In this document: positions 19,501 through 32,655 of the stretch, in pieces | How positions within the stretch are numbered: position 1 is the stretch's first letter | Layout: the number at the start of each line of letters is the position of its first letter | NCBI RefSeq assembly: GCF_039654945.1 | Contig: NW_027361738.1 | Coordinates: forward strand, 86,676,001-86,740,000 | DNA length: 64,000 nt | Reading direction: 5' to 3' | From: Dendrobates tinctorius | Lineage: Eukaryota | Made by a program: the position numbers and the translations under genes | Notes under the pieces: generated by a model | What the model saw: the letters and a program-made list of their open reading frames with translations, nothing else | Databases searched by the model: none | What the model was told of the DNA's origin: nothing

Positions 19501-22500
19501 TGCTGCATACAGTATAATGGCACCACATGATGCTCCATACAGTATAATGGCCCCAGATGATGTTGCATACAGTATATTGGCCCAACATGATGCTCCATAC
19601 TGTATAATGGCCCTACATGATGCTGCATACAGTATAATGGCCCCACATGATGCTCCATACAGTATAATGGCCCCACATGATGCTGCATACTGTCTAATGG
19701 CCCCACACAATGCTCCATACTGTATAATGGCCCCACATGATGCTCCATACAGTATAATGACCCCACATGATGCTCCATACTGTATAATGGCCCCACATGA
19801 TGCTGCATACTGTATAATGGCCCCACATGATGCTCCATACTGTATAAAGGCCCCACACAATGCTCCATACTATATAATGGCCCCACACAATGCTCCATAC
19901 TGTATAATGGCCCCACATGATGCTCCATACTGTATAATGGTCACACATAATGCTCCGTACAGTATAATGGCCCCACATGATGCTGCATACTGTCTAATGG
20001 CCCCACACAATGCTCCATACTGTATAATGGCCCCACGTCATGCTCTATACAATATAATGGCCCCACACTATGCTCCATACTGTATAATGGCCCCACATGA
20101 TGCTGCATACTGTATAATGGCCCCACATGATGCTCCATACTGTATAATGGCCCCACACAATGCTCCATACTGTATAATGGCCCCACATGATGCTCCATAC
20201 TGTATAATGGCCCCACACAATGCTCCATACTGTATAATGGCCCCACACGATGCTCCATACTGTATAATGGCCCCACATGATGCTCCATACTGTATAATGG
20301 CCCCACACAATGCTCCATACTGTATAATGGCCCCACATGATGCTCCATACTGTATAATGGCCCCACACAATGCTCCATACTGTATAATCGCCCCACATGA
20401 TGCTCCATACTGTATAATAGCCCCACATGATGCTCCATACAGTATAATGGCCCCACACAATGCCCCATACTGTATAATGGCCCCACATGATGCTCCATAC
20501 TGTATAATGGCCCCACATGATGCTCCATACTGTATAATGGCCCCGCACGATGCTCCATACTGTATAATGGCCACACATGATGCTCCATACTGTATAATGG
20601 CCCCACACGATGCTCCATACTGTATAATGGCCACACATGATGTCGCATACAGTATAATGGCCCCACATGATGCTCCATACTGTATAATGGCCCCATATGA
20701 TGCTCCATACTGTATAATGGCCCCACACAATGCTCCATACTGTATAATGGCCCCACACAATGCTCCATACTGTATAACGGCCCCACATGATGCTCCATAC
20801 TGTATAATGGCCCCACACAATGCTCCATACTGTACAATGACCCCACATGATGCTCGATACTGTATAATGGCCCCACATGATGCTCCATACTGTATAATGG
20901 CCCCACACGATGCTCCATACTGTATAATGGCCCCACATGATGCTCCATACTGTATAATGGCCACACATGATGTTGCATACAGTATAATGGCCCCACATAA
21001 TGTTCCATACTGTATAATGGCCCCACACAATGCTCTATACTGTATAATGGCCACACATGATGCTCCGTACAGTATAATGGCCCCACATGATGCTGCATAC
21101 TGTCTAATGGCCCCACATGACGCTACATACTGTATAATGGCCCTAAATGATGCTCCATACAATATAATGGCCCCACATAATGTTGCATATGTTAGCGTGG
21201 GTAGTCTGGAGCTGGAAAATCCAGGAGTGGACCCTCTGGACCGTGGCACCGAGGGGCCCCGGGCGAGCTGCCAGGTGGAACCGTCCCCTATACAGGGACC
21301 GTTAGGAGCAGGCCCAGGGGTTCGAGTACCACGGTAGCCAGTACCGAGAGGGGCGGCTCAGGATGGACCGGAGTAGGACTGTGGGACTGAAGTATAGATG
21401 ACAGAACAGAGCTGGAACCAGGAGGCAAGAATGGAGTAAGACAGTAGACTGGGACGAGGAGGGATGACAGGAGTAGGAACACAGGAGAAAGGATTAGAGG
21501 AGGACGGAAGGACTGAAGCTGGATGGAACTGGAAAACCGGAGGCAGGACTGGAGTAGGACGGAAGGACTGGAGCAGGATGGAACAGGAACACCGGAGGCA
21601 GGACTGGAGTAGGACGGCAGGACTGGAGCAGGATGGAACAGGAACACTGGAGGCGGGACTGCAGTTGGATGGAACAGGAACACCAGAGGCAGGACTGGAG
21701 TAGGATGGCAGGACTGGAGTAGGATGGAACAGGAATACTGGAGGCAGGACTGGAGCAGGATGGAACAGGAACACTGGAGGCAGGATTGGAGTTGGACAGC
21801 AGGACTGGAGCAAGATGGAACAGGAACACTGAAGGCAGGACAGGAGTAGGATGGAACAGGAACACTGGAGGCAGGACTGGAGTAGGATGGAACAGGAACA
21901 CCGGAGGCAGGACTGCGGAAGACAGCAAGGAACACGGGTAGCAGGACTGAGAGGTTGCTGCAGGGAGCAGACGAGAACGGAACTGCAGGAGCAGAGAGCA
22001 CACGATGAAGTGAGGCCCAGGGTGCTAGGCAACACAACAATCAGGCACCTCCCTCTGGGGGAAGCGGCCTTATATGCTCCTGTCTGGTCTGCCATTGGCC
22101 AGGGAGATGCTTCCGGGTCAGGGCATAGCCAGAGCACAAGAAGCAGGAGGAAGGCGCAGCTGCGGCCTATGGCGCAGGCACATTGCATGCAGGGATGCCG
22201 CCGGCCGCGCACCAGCCAGAGGCGACCTCCGTGGATGTCGGGCGGCGGGAGGCTGTGGCGTGGGAGCGATGGCCGGGAGAGTACGCAGAGACGGCGTGAC
22301 AGCATACAGTATAATGGCCCCACATGATGCTCCATACAGTATAATGGCCCCACATGATGCTGCATACAGTATAATGGCCCCACATGATACTCCAGACTGT
22401 ATAATGGTCACACATGATGCTCCATACAGTATAATGGAGCATACTGTCTAATGGCCCCACATGATGCTGCATATTGTATAAAGGCCCCACATGATGCTGC

Positions 22501-22595
22501 ATACAGTATAATGGCCCCACATGATGCTCCATACAGTATAAAGGCCCCACATGATGCTGCATACAGAATAATAGCACCACATGATGCTCCATATT
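13561..22595. repeat. 30-bp minisatellite TGCTCCATACTGTATAATGGCCCCACATGA, about 250 copies to 21189 plus about 10 copies after 22302
   Basis: Exact 30-bp periodicity is visible, with point variants. Interrupted by a solo LTR at 21190-22301. Confidence 0.98.
21190..22301 (-). mobile_element. Solo LTR (1112 bp) inserted into the 30-bp satellite
   Basis: TG...CA ends with a perfect 5-bp TSD GCATA/GCATA. TATA-like CATATAAG on the minus strand near 22070. Internal GGACTGGAGTAGGATGGAACAGGAACA repeats. Confidence 0.88.
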
Positions 22596-23399
22596 AATGG
22601 CCTCATATAAAAAAAAACTACTCACCTCTGCCGTTCAAATGCTGATCTGGTCTCTTCATATATTAGTCCTACCTGTGGGCACCCGCGCCATCTCGGCAAT
22701 AGCGCAGTCGCCACTTTCCTCAGCTGCGCGCCCATCCCTGTCCTCAGCACATGCACAGACTGATGGAACGGCGCGCGGCCTGATGGAAGAGTTAGGAGCA
22801 GAGTAGAGTGGCCGTGGCGCCGGCACTAGTGATGAGATTACCAGCGAGCTAAGGAGAGTGGTGGCAGTGCTAGTTTTGAGATGGCGCGTGTGCCCACCGG
22901 GAAGGCTCTGCGTCCCTCCTCTGGCACTCGAGCCATAGGTTCGCCATCACTGATATAGACAATGATTGGAACAGAGGTTGAATATGCACATCTCCAATCC
23001 ATTCAAAACTGTGCAGAGCTCAAATCCCGTGTTTCAGGATTGCTGCAGGACCTAGTGATTGGACCTTTGGTAATCAGTAATTGACTGGTTGCATTTGGGA
23101 GGGGTGAAAGAGAAGACTCTGAAGGAATGCTCAATTCTCTTTAAATGAATGTATTTTCGGCAAAAAAATAATTTTTGTAATTGGGTTTCTTTACATTTTT
23201 TTTGCACTATTTTCCTTCCATAGGCTCTGTATTGCACTGTCTGTTGCTGGCTATACAATGTCAGTCCCATGCCTGAGACTATTAATGTGTGGGAGCTTCT
23301 CATCCATGAAGGGGGGAGTCACTTACAATTTTCTTTAAGAACACAGCCAAGAATAGAATGGGATCTAAAAAATCCTCTAAGAGCAACTTCTCCCATCAT

Positions 23400-23520
23400 C
23401 CAAGAGCAATGTGTTGATGATGCCTTTTTGCAGCATGATGAACCAAGTCACAAGGTAAAAGTGATAACTAAGTGGCGCAGTAAAAAAAAACACTGACATT
23501 TTGAGACCATGGCCTCACAA
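23400..23520 (+). mobile_element. Highly decayed Tc1 transposase fragment
   Basis: Encodes FLQHDEPSHKVKVITKW, similar to the Tc1 FQHDGAPCHKAK motif. Confidence 0.4.
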
Positions 23521-23861
23521 ACCTAACAAAAAAACACAGATATAGTGATAAACCCCAAGCACTTATTTGATAAGAATGAGTTGTCATTAGTGAAGAGGGA
23601 ATATGCTCGGAGAAGGTGGATAGGGAGTTATCCCCGAGTATCTTGGGCATGCTCGAAAAAAATGACTATATATATGGGTGCCCAAACTTTTACATGCCAC
23701 TGTAAAAACAAATTGTGAAAATCAAAAGTTGTGTCAGTCTCAAAATTTCTGGCATCGACTGTAAACTGAATCTGCATGGAAACATAAAGCCAAATGGTGC
23801 AACATCTGTAATGATATGCAATTGCAAAAGTGATTTATAATCCTAAATTTTATTTTTTTAG

Positions 23862-24390
23862 TAGTACTCGGCTCGATCTCGAGCTATGGTGACTTGATGG
23901 ATCAACAAGCTCTATGAAGATGGATCTTTTGGAAGCCTAGATAGGTCCACCAGGGTCTTCTCTGCTGCTATTTTGATAGTATCAAGCCATCGGGTTGCTG
24001 GATTTCCTTTTTGCCTTGTTCCTTCTATTGTTCCGACCATGATGTCCTGCTCTAGTGATTGCTCTTGCCATAGTAGGCAAGTCGCAGCTTGGTGTTCCTT
24101 GCTTCGAGTGGCATACCTGGCTTGATTTTTTCCAAAATTGATTTGTTTTTCTTGCCATCCATGGTATTGATAACATCATTCTCCAGCACCACATTTCGAA
24201 GGCATCAATTCTTCTGTTTTGTTTCTTTATCGTCCAGGTTTCGCATCTGTATATGACTACAGAAAAGACCAAACTGTAAGAGCCGTGTCTTCATCACCAG
24301 TAAAATGTTCCTCTATTTAAAGACCTTGTTCAGTCATTTCATTGTTGATTTGCCCATAGCTATTCTCCCATTGCCTTCTGATTTAATTCG
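23862..24390 (-). mobile_element. RTE-clade (BovB-like) LINE 3' fragment
   Basis: ORF 23982..24272 reads VFSVVIYRCETWTIKKQNRRIDAFEMWCWRMMLSIPW, the typical RTE/BovB C-terminal motif. Confidence 0.8.
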
Positions 24391-24492
24391 CTGCATATTA
24401 TAGAGAGGGGCAGTGTGGGAGAAACATTGTGGAGAAAGGCAGTGAGGTGGCGACAATATGGAGAGGGGCAGTGGGGGGGGCATTATGGAGGA

Positions 24493-27400
24493 TGTAGTGC
24501 AGCAGGGCTTGTGCAGTGTGACAAACAGGGAGTGACCACAGGAAAGTTCATAGAAAAACGTGTTTAATGGCCAAACTCACATAGTGCACATTGATGTGGA
24601 AATTTTGGTTGGGTGACTTTACCCCTGTGCATACTGTGACCTGTCCTGATTAGACAGAGTCTTATTGAGCGCTCAAAGAAGGAAAGACGCCACACATTGT
24701 TAGCAGCAATACCTTCCAGCAGAACTCTGGAAACTTTATTCATAGTCATGGTCTTTTATCAGTTCGTATAAAGGAGTGGTTACTCATTAACATAAAGGCT
24801 TTACTTCTTAGCTAATTGGTCAGTTTAAATGCATGAACATATATGGGTGTCCGACCTAAGGTTATTTAGACACCACGTGATTTACTGTCCGGAGTCTTGC
24901 ACTTGTCAGCAAGTCTCCAATATCAGCCGGACCACCTGGCCTAAGTTCCTCATTCCCTATGTCTGCTAGATATTTCTCAATTCACAAGACAATGAGATGA
25001 CTGGGTAGCAGGTTATTTCCACCAACTAGTTATAAGGTTCAAACTGTAAATATGTATCTGTGTGCATATAAGAATATATGAGTACATAAGTATATAGCAG
25101 TATATGGAGTATATAGCCTATAGCAGGCAAGTGAGATCTATATGAAATACATATACATATATATTTCCATAACAATCCCCCCTTAGATATCACTTGCCCT
25201 AAACTCCTGCTCCTGGCCCAAAGCGCTGCAACTCTTTTATGCTGCCAGTGGACTGACATATGCCTAGTGCATACATCCTCCTCTGTACAGACTTTCGCAA
25301 ATGGGCGGTCAGGAGATCTGTCCCTAAAGGGGGTGTGGTGCAATGTGATCAAAGTCTCTTAGTTAGCAGTCTATGCATGTGTATTCTCTGTCAGGTAGGT
25401 AATTTATTCAGTCAGGGAGGTCATCCACAGCATCATTCCAGCTCAGGTGTATCTTCTGGTATGAAGGCCTTTTCATGCAATGCGGTGCGTGGATCCAGGT
25501 GGGGGTTCTCCCTCCAGGTTTATGACGTCAGCACTTGGAGAAGGGCCATCAGATCTGGAATTGAGTGCTTCTCTTTACGGACTTTTTTCACCAACACTCA
25601 GCAGTCTCCTGACTTCAGGACGTGCATACCAGGCACCGAATCTGGACCTGGCAATAAGGGAGAAAAACTCGAGAATGGACATTAGCAAAATCCTTGATAA
25701 ATTCAATTACACATGCAAAGTATCATATTGCATAGTCAACTGCTAAGCGAAGAATACCCCTAAAATGGGTTTGGACACAAATAAAGTTTCATATTGGTGA
25801 CAGCTTTTTTCTGAGCCTACGGGAGTGTCTAATGCCAGGGTTTGTCTGTCTCTTGGGCAAATTTTTTAGCATGCTGCTCTTAAGTGTCCCACCTAGTCTA
25901 TGGTGTGGGATGGTGAGTAGTGTGTAGGCCTAAGTCTGACCCTACTGCTGATCAGGTCTCTTGTGTTAGGTTTGCTGTGTATGCGGGTCCCTGATCACTT
26001 GCTATTGCTTCTGGAAACCCCATATCTGCACACTATTTTTGAGAGTAGCTTCTTTGCAGTAGTCTTCGCCAACTGGTTCCTTACTGGGAAGTCTTCAGGC
26101 CAGATGATGTGGGGGAACTTTTCCCGCTTGTCCAATGTTAAATTTGTCGGTGGCCGAACAGCTGCTGGGAATCTTCGCTGTTGAGGTGTGAGTTGAGTCC
26201 AATCAGGTCATTCATCTGTGTCTTCAATTCTGTGTGGGGGCCATGTGCCCATTGAACCACCGTAGGGTACACACTTTGAGATAGACTGGGTCTGTCTTGA
26301 GGTAGACGTTTTGAGGTAGACAGTTTGAGGTAGACTAGGTCTGTCTTGAGGTAGACGTTTTGATGTAGACGGTTTCTTGGAGCCCAGTGCTTTTGGCCTT
26401 CAGCATCCAGCTTTCCTTCTCCTCCTTCCGAGTCTGATCCTGTTACTTCTTGTGCAGGTTTCAGGAAGTCATTTTGTCAGGTTTAGTGACTGGGTTGTGG
26501 CAATTGACATTTTCCGTTTTGGTCAGGACGGGATGGCTTCTCGTACTCAGTGAGGCCTAGAGCCGGCGTAGAGACTATGAAGTCTTTCAGTTTCCTGTAC
26601 GAGATGAAGGATTCAATGCGTTGATGCAATTGTACAGAGGTTGCATTAAGCCTGGAGCACCAGGGATCCAAGTTCTGCAGTACGAGACTAGACTAAGGAA
26701 GGACTGCATCTTCGGAGTTGTTGAGGGAGCCATCTTCTCCTCCGCGGCCCTCCGGTCATCTGTCAAGTGTTTCGTCTAGTGGGCGATACGGTGTCTTCAG
26801 GAACTTGCTTTTGACACCACTGGACTCTGTTTTGCAGAACTTACGTTGCTGCTCCGTCAGGTAGAGTAGAGGAGACATGGAAAGCGCTGTGCAGGTAGCG
26901 GTGTCGATGACTTCTGCATGCTCCGCAATCCAGTTAATGGGGATGGAGGGCAATGCTCTGACGAGCTGTGAAAGACTGTTCCGGGCCCTCTTGGTCCTCA
27001 CTGTCCATTTGTTCGGCACCCCCCTTGTGCGTTTTCAGGAACTGGTCGTCCAGGTGAGGGGGAACATTGAGGGGAGCTTCGGGCAGATCCATTGCCGTGA
27101 GCACCGTTGCTGTGGCTGGCATATTTGTCAGCAGAGTGCGCAGATCTGGCACAACTGGGGTTTCAAACACGGTTGCTTCACTCACAGCCCTCAGGTTATG
27201 CACCATTCAATCTGGTCTGGTTCTCCTTTCACAGTCTTCCTCTTGATCGAGAGAAGCTGGGACCGCATGATGATTCCCGTGGGTGAGGCGGCTCAATCTG
27301 GCCTTGCTCTTCACAGTGCCGTGAGTGACTCCCATCTTCTGGCACAGGGCTGGCAGGAAACCAAACCGTTTGCTGGAGTCCTTTTTTTTTTTCGTCAGAG

Positions 27401-30400
27401 GTGACATTCAGCTGAGCTTTCTTGCTCTCACAGGGGGGTCTTTTTGCTGGGGCGTCTTCTTTACCAGCCACCAGCAGTTCCTTTCACCCAGCTTTATTTC
27501 AGGTCAGCATCTTGTTAACCAATTTGAGGAGCTGAGTGGCTGCCTTCTGGTCCAGGGCCTGGATTAACTTCAGGGAGCACCTTCAGAATCTTGTCCAAGA
27601 TGATCCTCTGGCGCTGGAGCCGGAAGCAGTGCAGCCATTTCACGAAGCGGGTGTGGTCCCTCTGGGTTGAGAGTTTTCCTGGCCCATGCCAAAGTTCTTA
27701 GGCCGTTTCTTGAACAGCAGTTCCACTTAGACCTCCAGTTGGTCAGAGGCAGTTTATCTCTGGGTGATGAGCTGCGGATGCTGGGCCTTCGGAGCATCCA
27801 GGGTTGTAGACTTGAGTGACACCCGCACTGGCGCAACTTGAAGTCTCCCTTGGGCCATAGGCTTCTGGGTGCTATGTCCAGCACCTCCTTGGGTAGGCTT
27901 GCACCGGTTATTCGAGCGAGGCTCTTGTAGGGCCTCCAGCATGGGCATGATTGATTCTTCTTGGGTCTGAGGTGGAGAAGAGGTCAAGGTCACATCTTCA
28001 TGGGAAACTTTAGTCACCTTCAGTTCCTGCAGTAGGTCTGCGTTCATCAGGTGACGTGGGCAGGTCTCCACCGTAAATTGAAACAGGATGGAGTGTCCTG
28101 GCAGTGTCCTCATGTTCAGGGGCTTGCAAGCTGGGGAACGTCTGTCTTGACCTTTAATCCCCATACAAGACACAGAGTGTTCTGATAGACTGGTGGGGTC
28201 AGGGATTTTCACTTCTGACTGCACCAGTGTCCACAAGGAAAGATATGACAGCCCCCAGTGATTTGAGGTATTGGGTCCGCTGATGGGGTTTCACATGTCA
28301 GGGGCGTGACGTCTGGCAGACCTGGCTTGCCTCTGTCCTATGGACAGGGTTCTTCATTGTCTTCTGTGTTTCTTTCTTGGCCTATTCCTCTGCGTGATGA
28401 CCTGGGTTGTCGGGGTGCTGTGCACTGGTTCCGGAAATGGCCAAAGTTGCCACAGTTGAAACACCTGACAGGTCTTCTATCTCTGCAGGGTGGTTGCTCC
28501 TCCACGTCAGTGGCCATCACGGGAGGGTCTGTCCTCCGTACTCCTGGGAGGGACTCAATTCTTCTGGCTACTGTAAGCAGGACATCTACTGCTATTGTCC
28601 TGTACTCAAGCCTGGCCACTATCAGCAGTCTCTTGATTGGTTCTCTTAGTCCATGCACAAAGGCCTGTGCCAACATTTGTCTGTGTACCTGATCATAAAT
28701 AGTGAAGCCTAAAATTTGGAATACTTGCCTCACTCTCTAAGCCGTTCAATTAGCTTTGATCCTGATTCCCAGGAATGCACATCTAATTCTGATGGAAGCT
28801 TGAAGTGTTCCTTCATGATTGGCCAGAATGTTTCACCTGCTTTAATCTCCATTATGGACCAGAGATCACTCCAGGTTGCAGCATATGTCTGCTGGCTCTG
28901 CTGCATTCTTCGGTAAAATGGCATGGGGTCCATATCTGGGTCTGGCAGGTTTTTTAGAATACTGAACACCTGACTAGGGGTGAAGGGCACATAGTGTAAG
29001 AGTTCTGGCTCTATCTGCCCCTGCCTTCTTGGTGTCTGTGAGTTTCCCCTAGTACTATGCAGCATAATCTCCTCTTCATGTTCATCAGACGAGGAACTGT
29101 GCCACTGTGTGATTGTCTTTCTGTGTGTGTATAGCACTCCCCCCTTCTGAGACTGCAGCTCCGTGTGGCACATAGGATCTTCAGTCTCAGCAAGTGCAGT
29201 GTCTGATGGCCCACACCTCCCTTCTGCTATCTGTTGTATTGAGAGGGCACCTGTGTTGTCATGTGTGGGGGGGTGATTCACTTTCTTCTCCCGGTGTCAT
29301 AACTGTCTCTTTAGAGAGAGTGCCCTGTGGAACTAGGGACACCTCATTGTCTGGATCTGGCACTGGGCCAGCGGGTGACGATGAACTGAGAGGTGGGTAA
29401 GGAAAGATTTGGAATAGGAGGAGAAGTGAGAGATAGTGGAGGAGAGTGGGGAAGACGAGGAGGAGGGAAGAGGAGAGGGATGAGAGGTGGGCGTTGGTGA
29501 TGAAGATGGAGAGGGAGGAGAGATGATAGAGAGAGGGAGAGAAGGAGAGATAGGCAGAGATGAAGAAGATAGGAAGGGGAGAGATGACGAGGGAGAATGA
29601 GGTATAGGAGGAGAAATAGATGAGAGATAGGAGGTGGGAGTGAGAATAGCGGAGATAGAGGGAGGAGAGAGGTGAGAGAGATGGGAGGAGGGAAGAGTGG
29701 GGAAAGAGGAGATGGGGAGGCGGACTGCTTCCCCCCCCCGCCATCACGGAAGGCATTCTTAGACCTGTGGTCCTTCTCAAACGGCACAGATTAGTATGCC
29801 GCTGAAAACACTTTTCCTACATGTAAAAAAACCCCTAATCCTTTCTTGTTCACACTATCTGCTATCACCTTCTGCGCTGTTAAAATCCTCTGTCACTTTA
29901 AGAAATGCAGACGGCAATTACTAGCTACTTCCCTTTTCTTTTCAATACATCATGTCATGCTACAGCTTAAAGAAAAAAACTGTTCTTGCAAAAAAAAAAA
30001 CACGTACTATGTCTGTTTTAAAACTGAAAAAGGTGATTAAAACTTTAAACACTTTCCAACCCCTTTTAACCTGCTTTAAAGGGAACAAAACAAGAACATT
30101 TAGTGAATAACCCAACGCAGGTAAAAATTCTCTTTTTAACAAAACTGAAAGAAAGAAGTGAAAACTAAACCTAAAAAACTGATAAAATGTCACAAAAAGT
30201 GGAAGAAAACTAAAAAGAGATAAAAAGGGAAAAATGATTTTTCTTTCCTTTTTTCCTTAAAAAGATTTTTAAAGGATGAAACCCCAAAAATTGATAAAAT
30301 CAAAAAGTATATAAACTTTAAAAAAACCACTTAGAAAAATAAAAAAAAAACAAATACGAGTACACTTCCAATAATAAAAGGGTTAATGCAGAATGCAGGC

Positions 30401-32655
30401 ACCCAACTTCCTCTTTTTATGCCTGCGTCTCTGTAAAATCTGAGAACAATGGAAAACCAAAAAAAAAACAGACTGTGACTATGGTGGTATACTCAAAATG
30501 ACCCAGCTTTCCCGAAAATTCTCATACTACAGTAACAAAAACCACTACCAAAAATGCAAAATAAAACATAAAATAGGGAAAAGCAGAGTACAAAATATAA
30601 CAATATGAAAAAATATATATCAGGGGCACACCCTGTAGGCAAAAGAGGAAGTTTACAATAAAAAAAGGCAAAACTCTTTCTGCTTCAGATCTTTGCGGAA
30701 ACCTGCAATAAATTCACATATAGACGTCCGGGGAGAGAGATCGAAAGCCCTTGTCTTGTGACGCGTATGTGAAACAGCTGCTGGTAACCGATAACTGCCA
30801 ACCACACTGGGTGCACTGCGCTGGTGACCCGGGAATGTTAACACGCTGTACCGGACGTCCTGGCTGGCTCGTCAGTATCAGTAATGTGATAACTCCCACT
30901 ATGTTGCCACCACCTGATGCCTGGGCCGGCTTCTCCTGTCCTTCCCTGTGACCAGGTGTGTTGGTGGCAACCTGTCAAGTGGTTTGGCTCTCAATATCTC
31001 CCCTAAGCTAACACCACCGCGTGGCCTGGCGTGGGCGCTGTTGTCCCTTCCTGTGCACGGGTGTTTGTTGTGATAGCTTGATGTGAGATTTGCATCATGA
31101 TATCTCCGTAAGGCCCCACCACCTGTCCCTGGGCAAGGCTTCTCCTGTCCTCCCCCTGTGTCCAGGTGTATTTGTGAGGACCTATCTGAGTGGGTCAAAC
31201 TCCCCCGTTATCGGTGTTCCAGCACCCAGAAACACAAATCTGTCATAATTTCCCACCAACTCTCCCACCCGGATCTTAGACACACAGGACCACAGTAGAC
31301 ACTTAGCTTATCCCAGGGTTTGGATTTGCGCGTGGACTTTTTTTTACACTACCTGGGTTTGGTGACCACACTGACCGGCTAGAGTTGCTGACCCGGACTG
31401 GGCACAGGGAACATTCAGGTAAGATAACTTGATTTTCTTACCTTACTTATGGAGTTGCGCAAATCTCCGTTCCCATGAGCCAAGACCTTGGCCGGCACCT
31501 CTGTCCTCTCCGGTCAGCAGGATCCCCGTGCGTTTTCGTCCATGGCCTCGAGTTGGGCGCCAATTGATGTGGAAATTTTGGTTGGGTGACTTTACCCCTG
31601 TGCATACTGTGACCTGTCCTGATTAGACAGAGTCTTATTGAGCGCTCAAAGAAGGAAAGACGCCACACATTGTTAGCAGCAATACCTTCCAGCAGAACTC
31701 TGGAAACTTTATTCATATTCATGGTCTTTCATCAGTTCGTATAAAGGAGTGGTTACTCATTAACATAAAGGCTTTACTTCTTAGCTAATTGGTCAGTTTA
31801 AATGCATGAACATATATGGGTGTCCGACCTGGGGTTATTTAGACACCACGTGATTTACTGTCCGGAGTCTTGCACTTGTCAGCAAGTCTCCAATATCGGC
31901 CGGACCACCTGGCCTAAGTTCCTCATTCCCTATGTCTGCTAGATATTTCTCAATTCACAAGACAATGAGATGACTGGGTAGAAAGTTATTTCCACCAACT
32001 AGTTATAAGGTTCAAACTGTAAATATGTATCTGTGTGCATATAAGAATATATGAGTACATAAGTATATAGCAGTATATGGAGTATATAGCCTATAGCAGG
32101 CAAGTGAGAGCTATATGAAATACATATACATATATATTTCCATAACAACATCACATGGTATCCTCGGGATCGCAGCCGGGAAAACAAAGACAGTTCGTGA
32201 GGTGTTACTGTGGGCGACTGCACCGCTGTGTACGCTGAGGGTGCCAGACCTTTTGGCTCTGCTTGGCCCGGTGTTGCCTCATACAGGTTGAGCTCTGCAA
32301 AGCCTTCTGCTCTGTCTGCTTGCAAGACCAAAACTGACACACCCCAACCCTTTATTGCTGGGTTTTTACAACAGAACCTGTGGCTGTAAGCTACATGGAA
32401 AACCTGGGGCCAGGGAGGGAAATGGACAGCCCCAGTACCATCCTGTAGTCGATTTAAAAATACAAGCCTATGGCAGGTTTTCTTAAATCCGCCTTGGACA
32501 ACTAGCTTACCCAAGATCAACACTTATTTCTATTCTGCCTTGCAATCACAGCAATGCCAGTGACAGCAATGCCCTCCACCAGCCCCATAGGCTTCTTTAC
32601 ACATCCTGGTGGACACATAGCAACCCTCGCATATGACACCGGTCACTGCCTCACA
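24493..32655 (-). mobile_element. Probable older solo LTR (24493-24591 plus 32152-32655) split by the ERV
   Basis: TG at 24493 and CA at 32655, approximate TSD AGGA/AGGG. The same short repeat (cattatggagaggggcagtg) flanks both sides. Confidence 0.5.
24592..32147 (-). mobile_element. Defective class I (gamma/epsilon-like) endogenous retrovirus with two LTRs
   Basis: 583-bp LTRs at 24592-25174 and 31565-32147 (about 8 differences), 4-bp TSD ACAT. PBS TGGCGCCCAAC (tRNA-Lys-like) on the minus strand at ~31545-31562, PPT at 25175-25185. Gag fragments with CFNCGNFGHFRNQC (28338-29281), protease remnant (27754-28236), RT N-terminal remnant (26934-27206). No recognisable env. Confidence 0.92.

Larger units (their letters stand above)
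11690..22952. mobile_element. Non-autonomous hAT (Buster/Charlie-type) element inflated to 11.3 kb by an internal satellite and insertions
   Basis: TIRs CAGTGATGGCGAACCT (11690) and AGGTTCGCCATCACTG (ends 22952). 8-bp TSD ACATAGAC/ATATAGAC with central TA, the Buster-type target. Confidence 0.88.

Noticed and set aside
13561-21189. CRISPR-like appearance of the regular repeat
   Set aside because: The units are head-to-tail with no unique spacers, there are no cas genes and the context is eukaryotic.
13518-21337. Very long ORFs (up to 1605 aa) of 10-aa repeats on both strands
   Set aside because: They result from a 30-bp unit lacking stops in several frames. They are open on both strands, lie inside a hAT element and have no unique domain or gene structure.
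21288-22451. Pro/Ser-rich ORFs of 250-341 aa
   Set aside because: They come from internal repeats of a solo LTR bounded by a 5-bp TSD.
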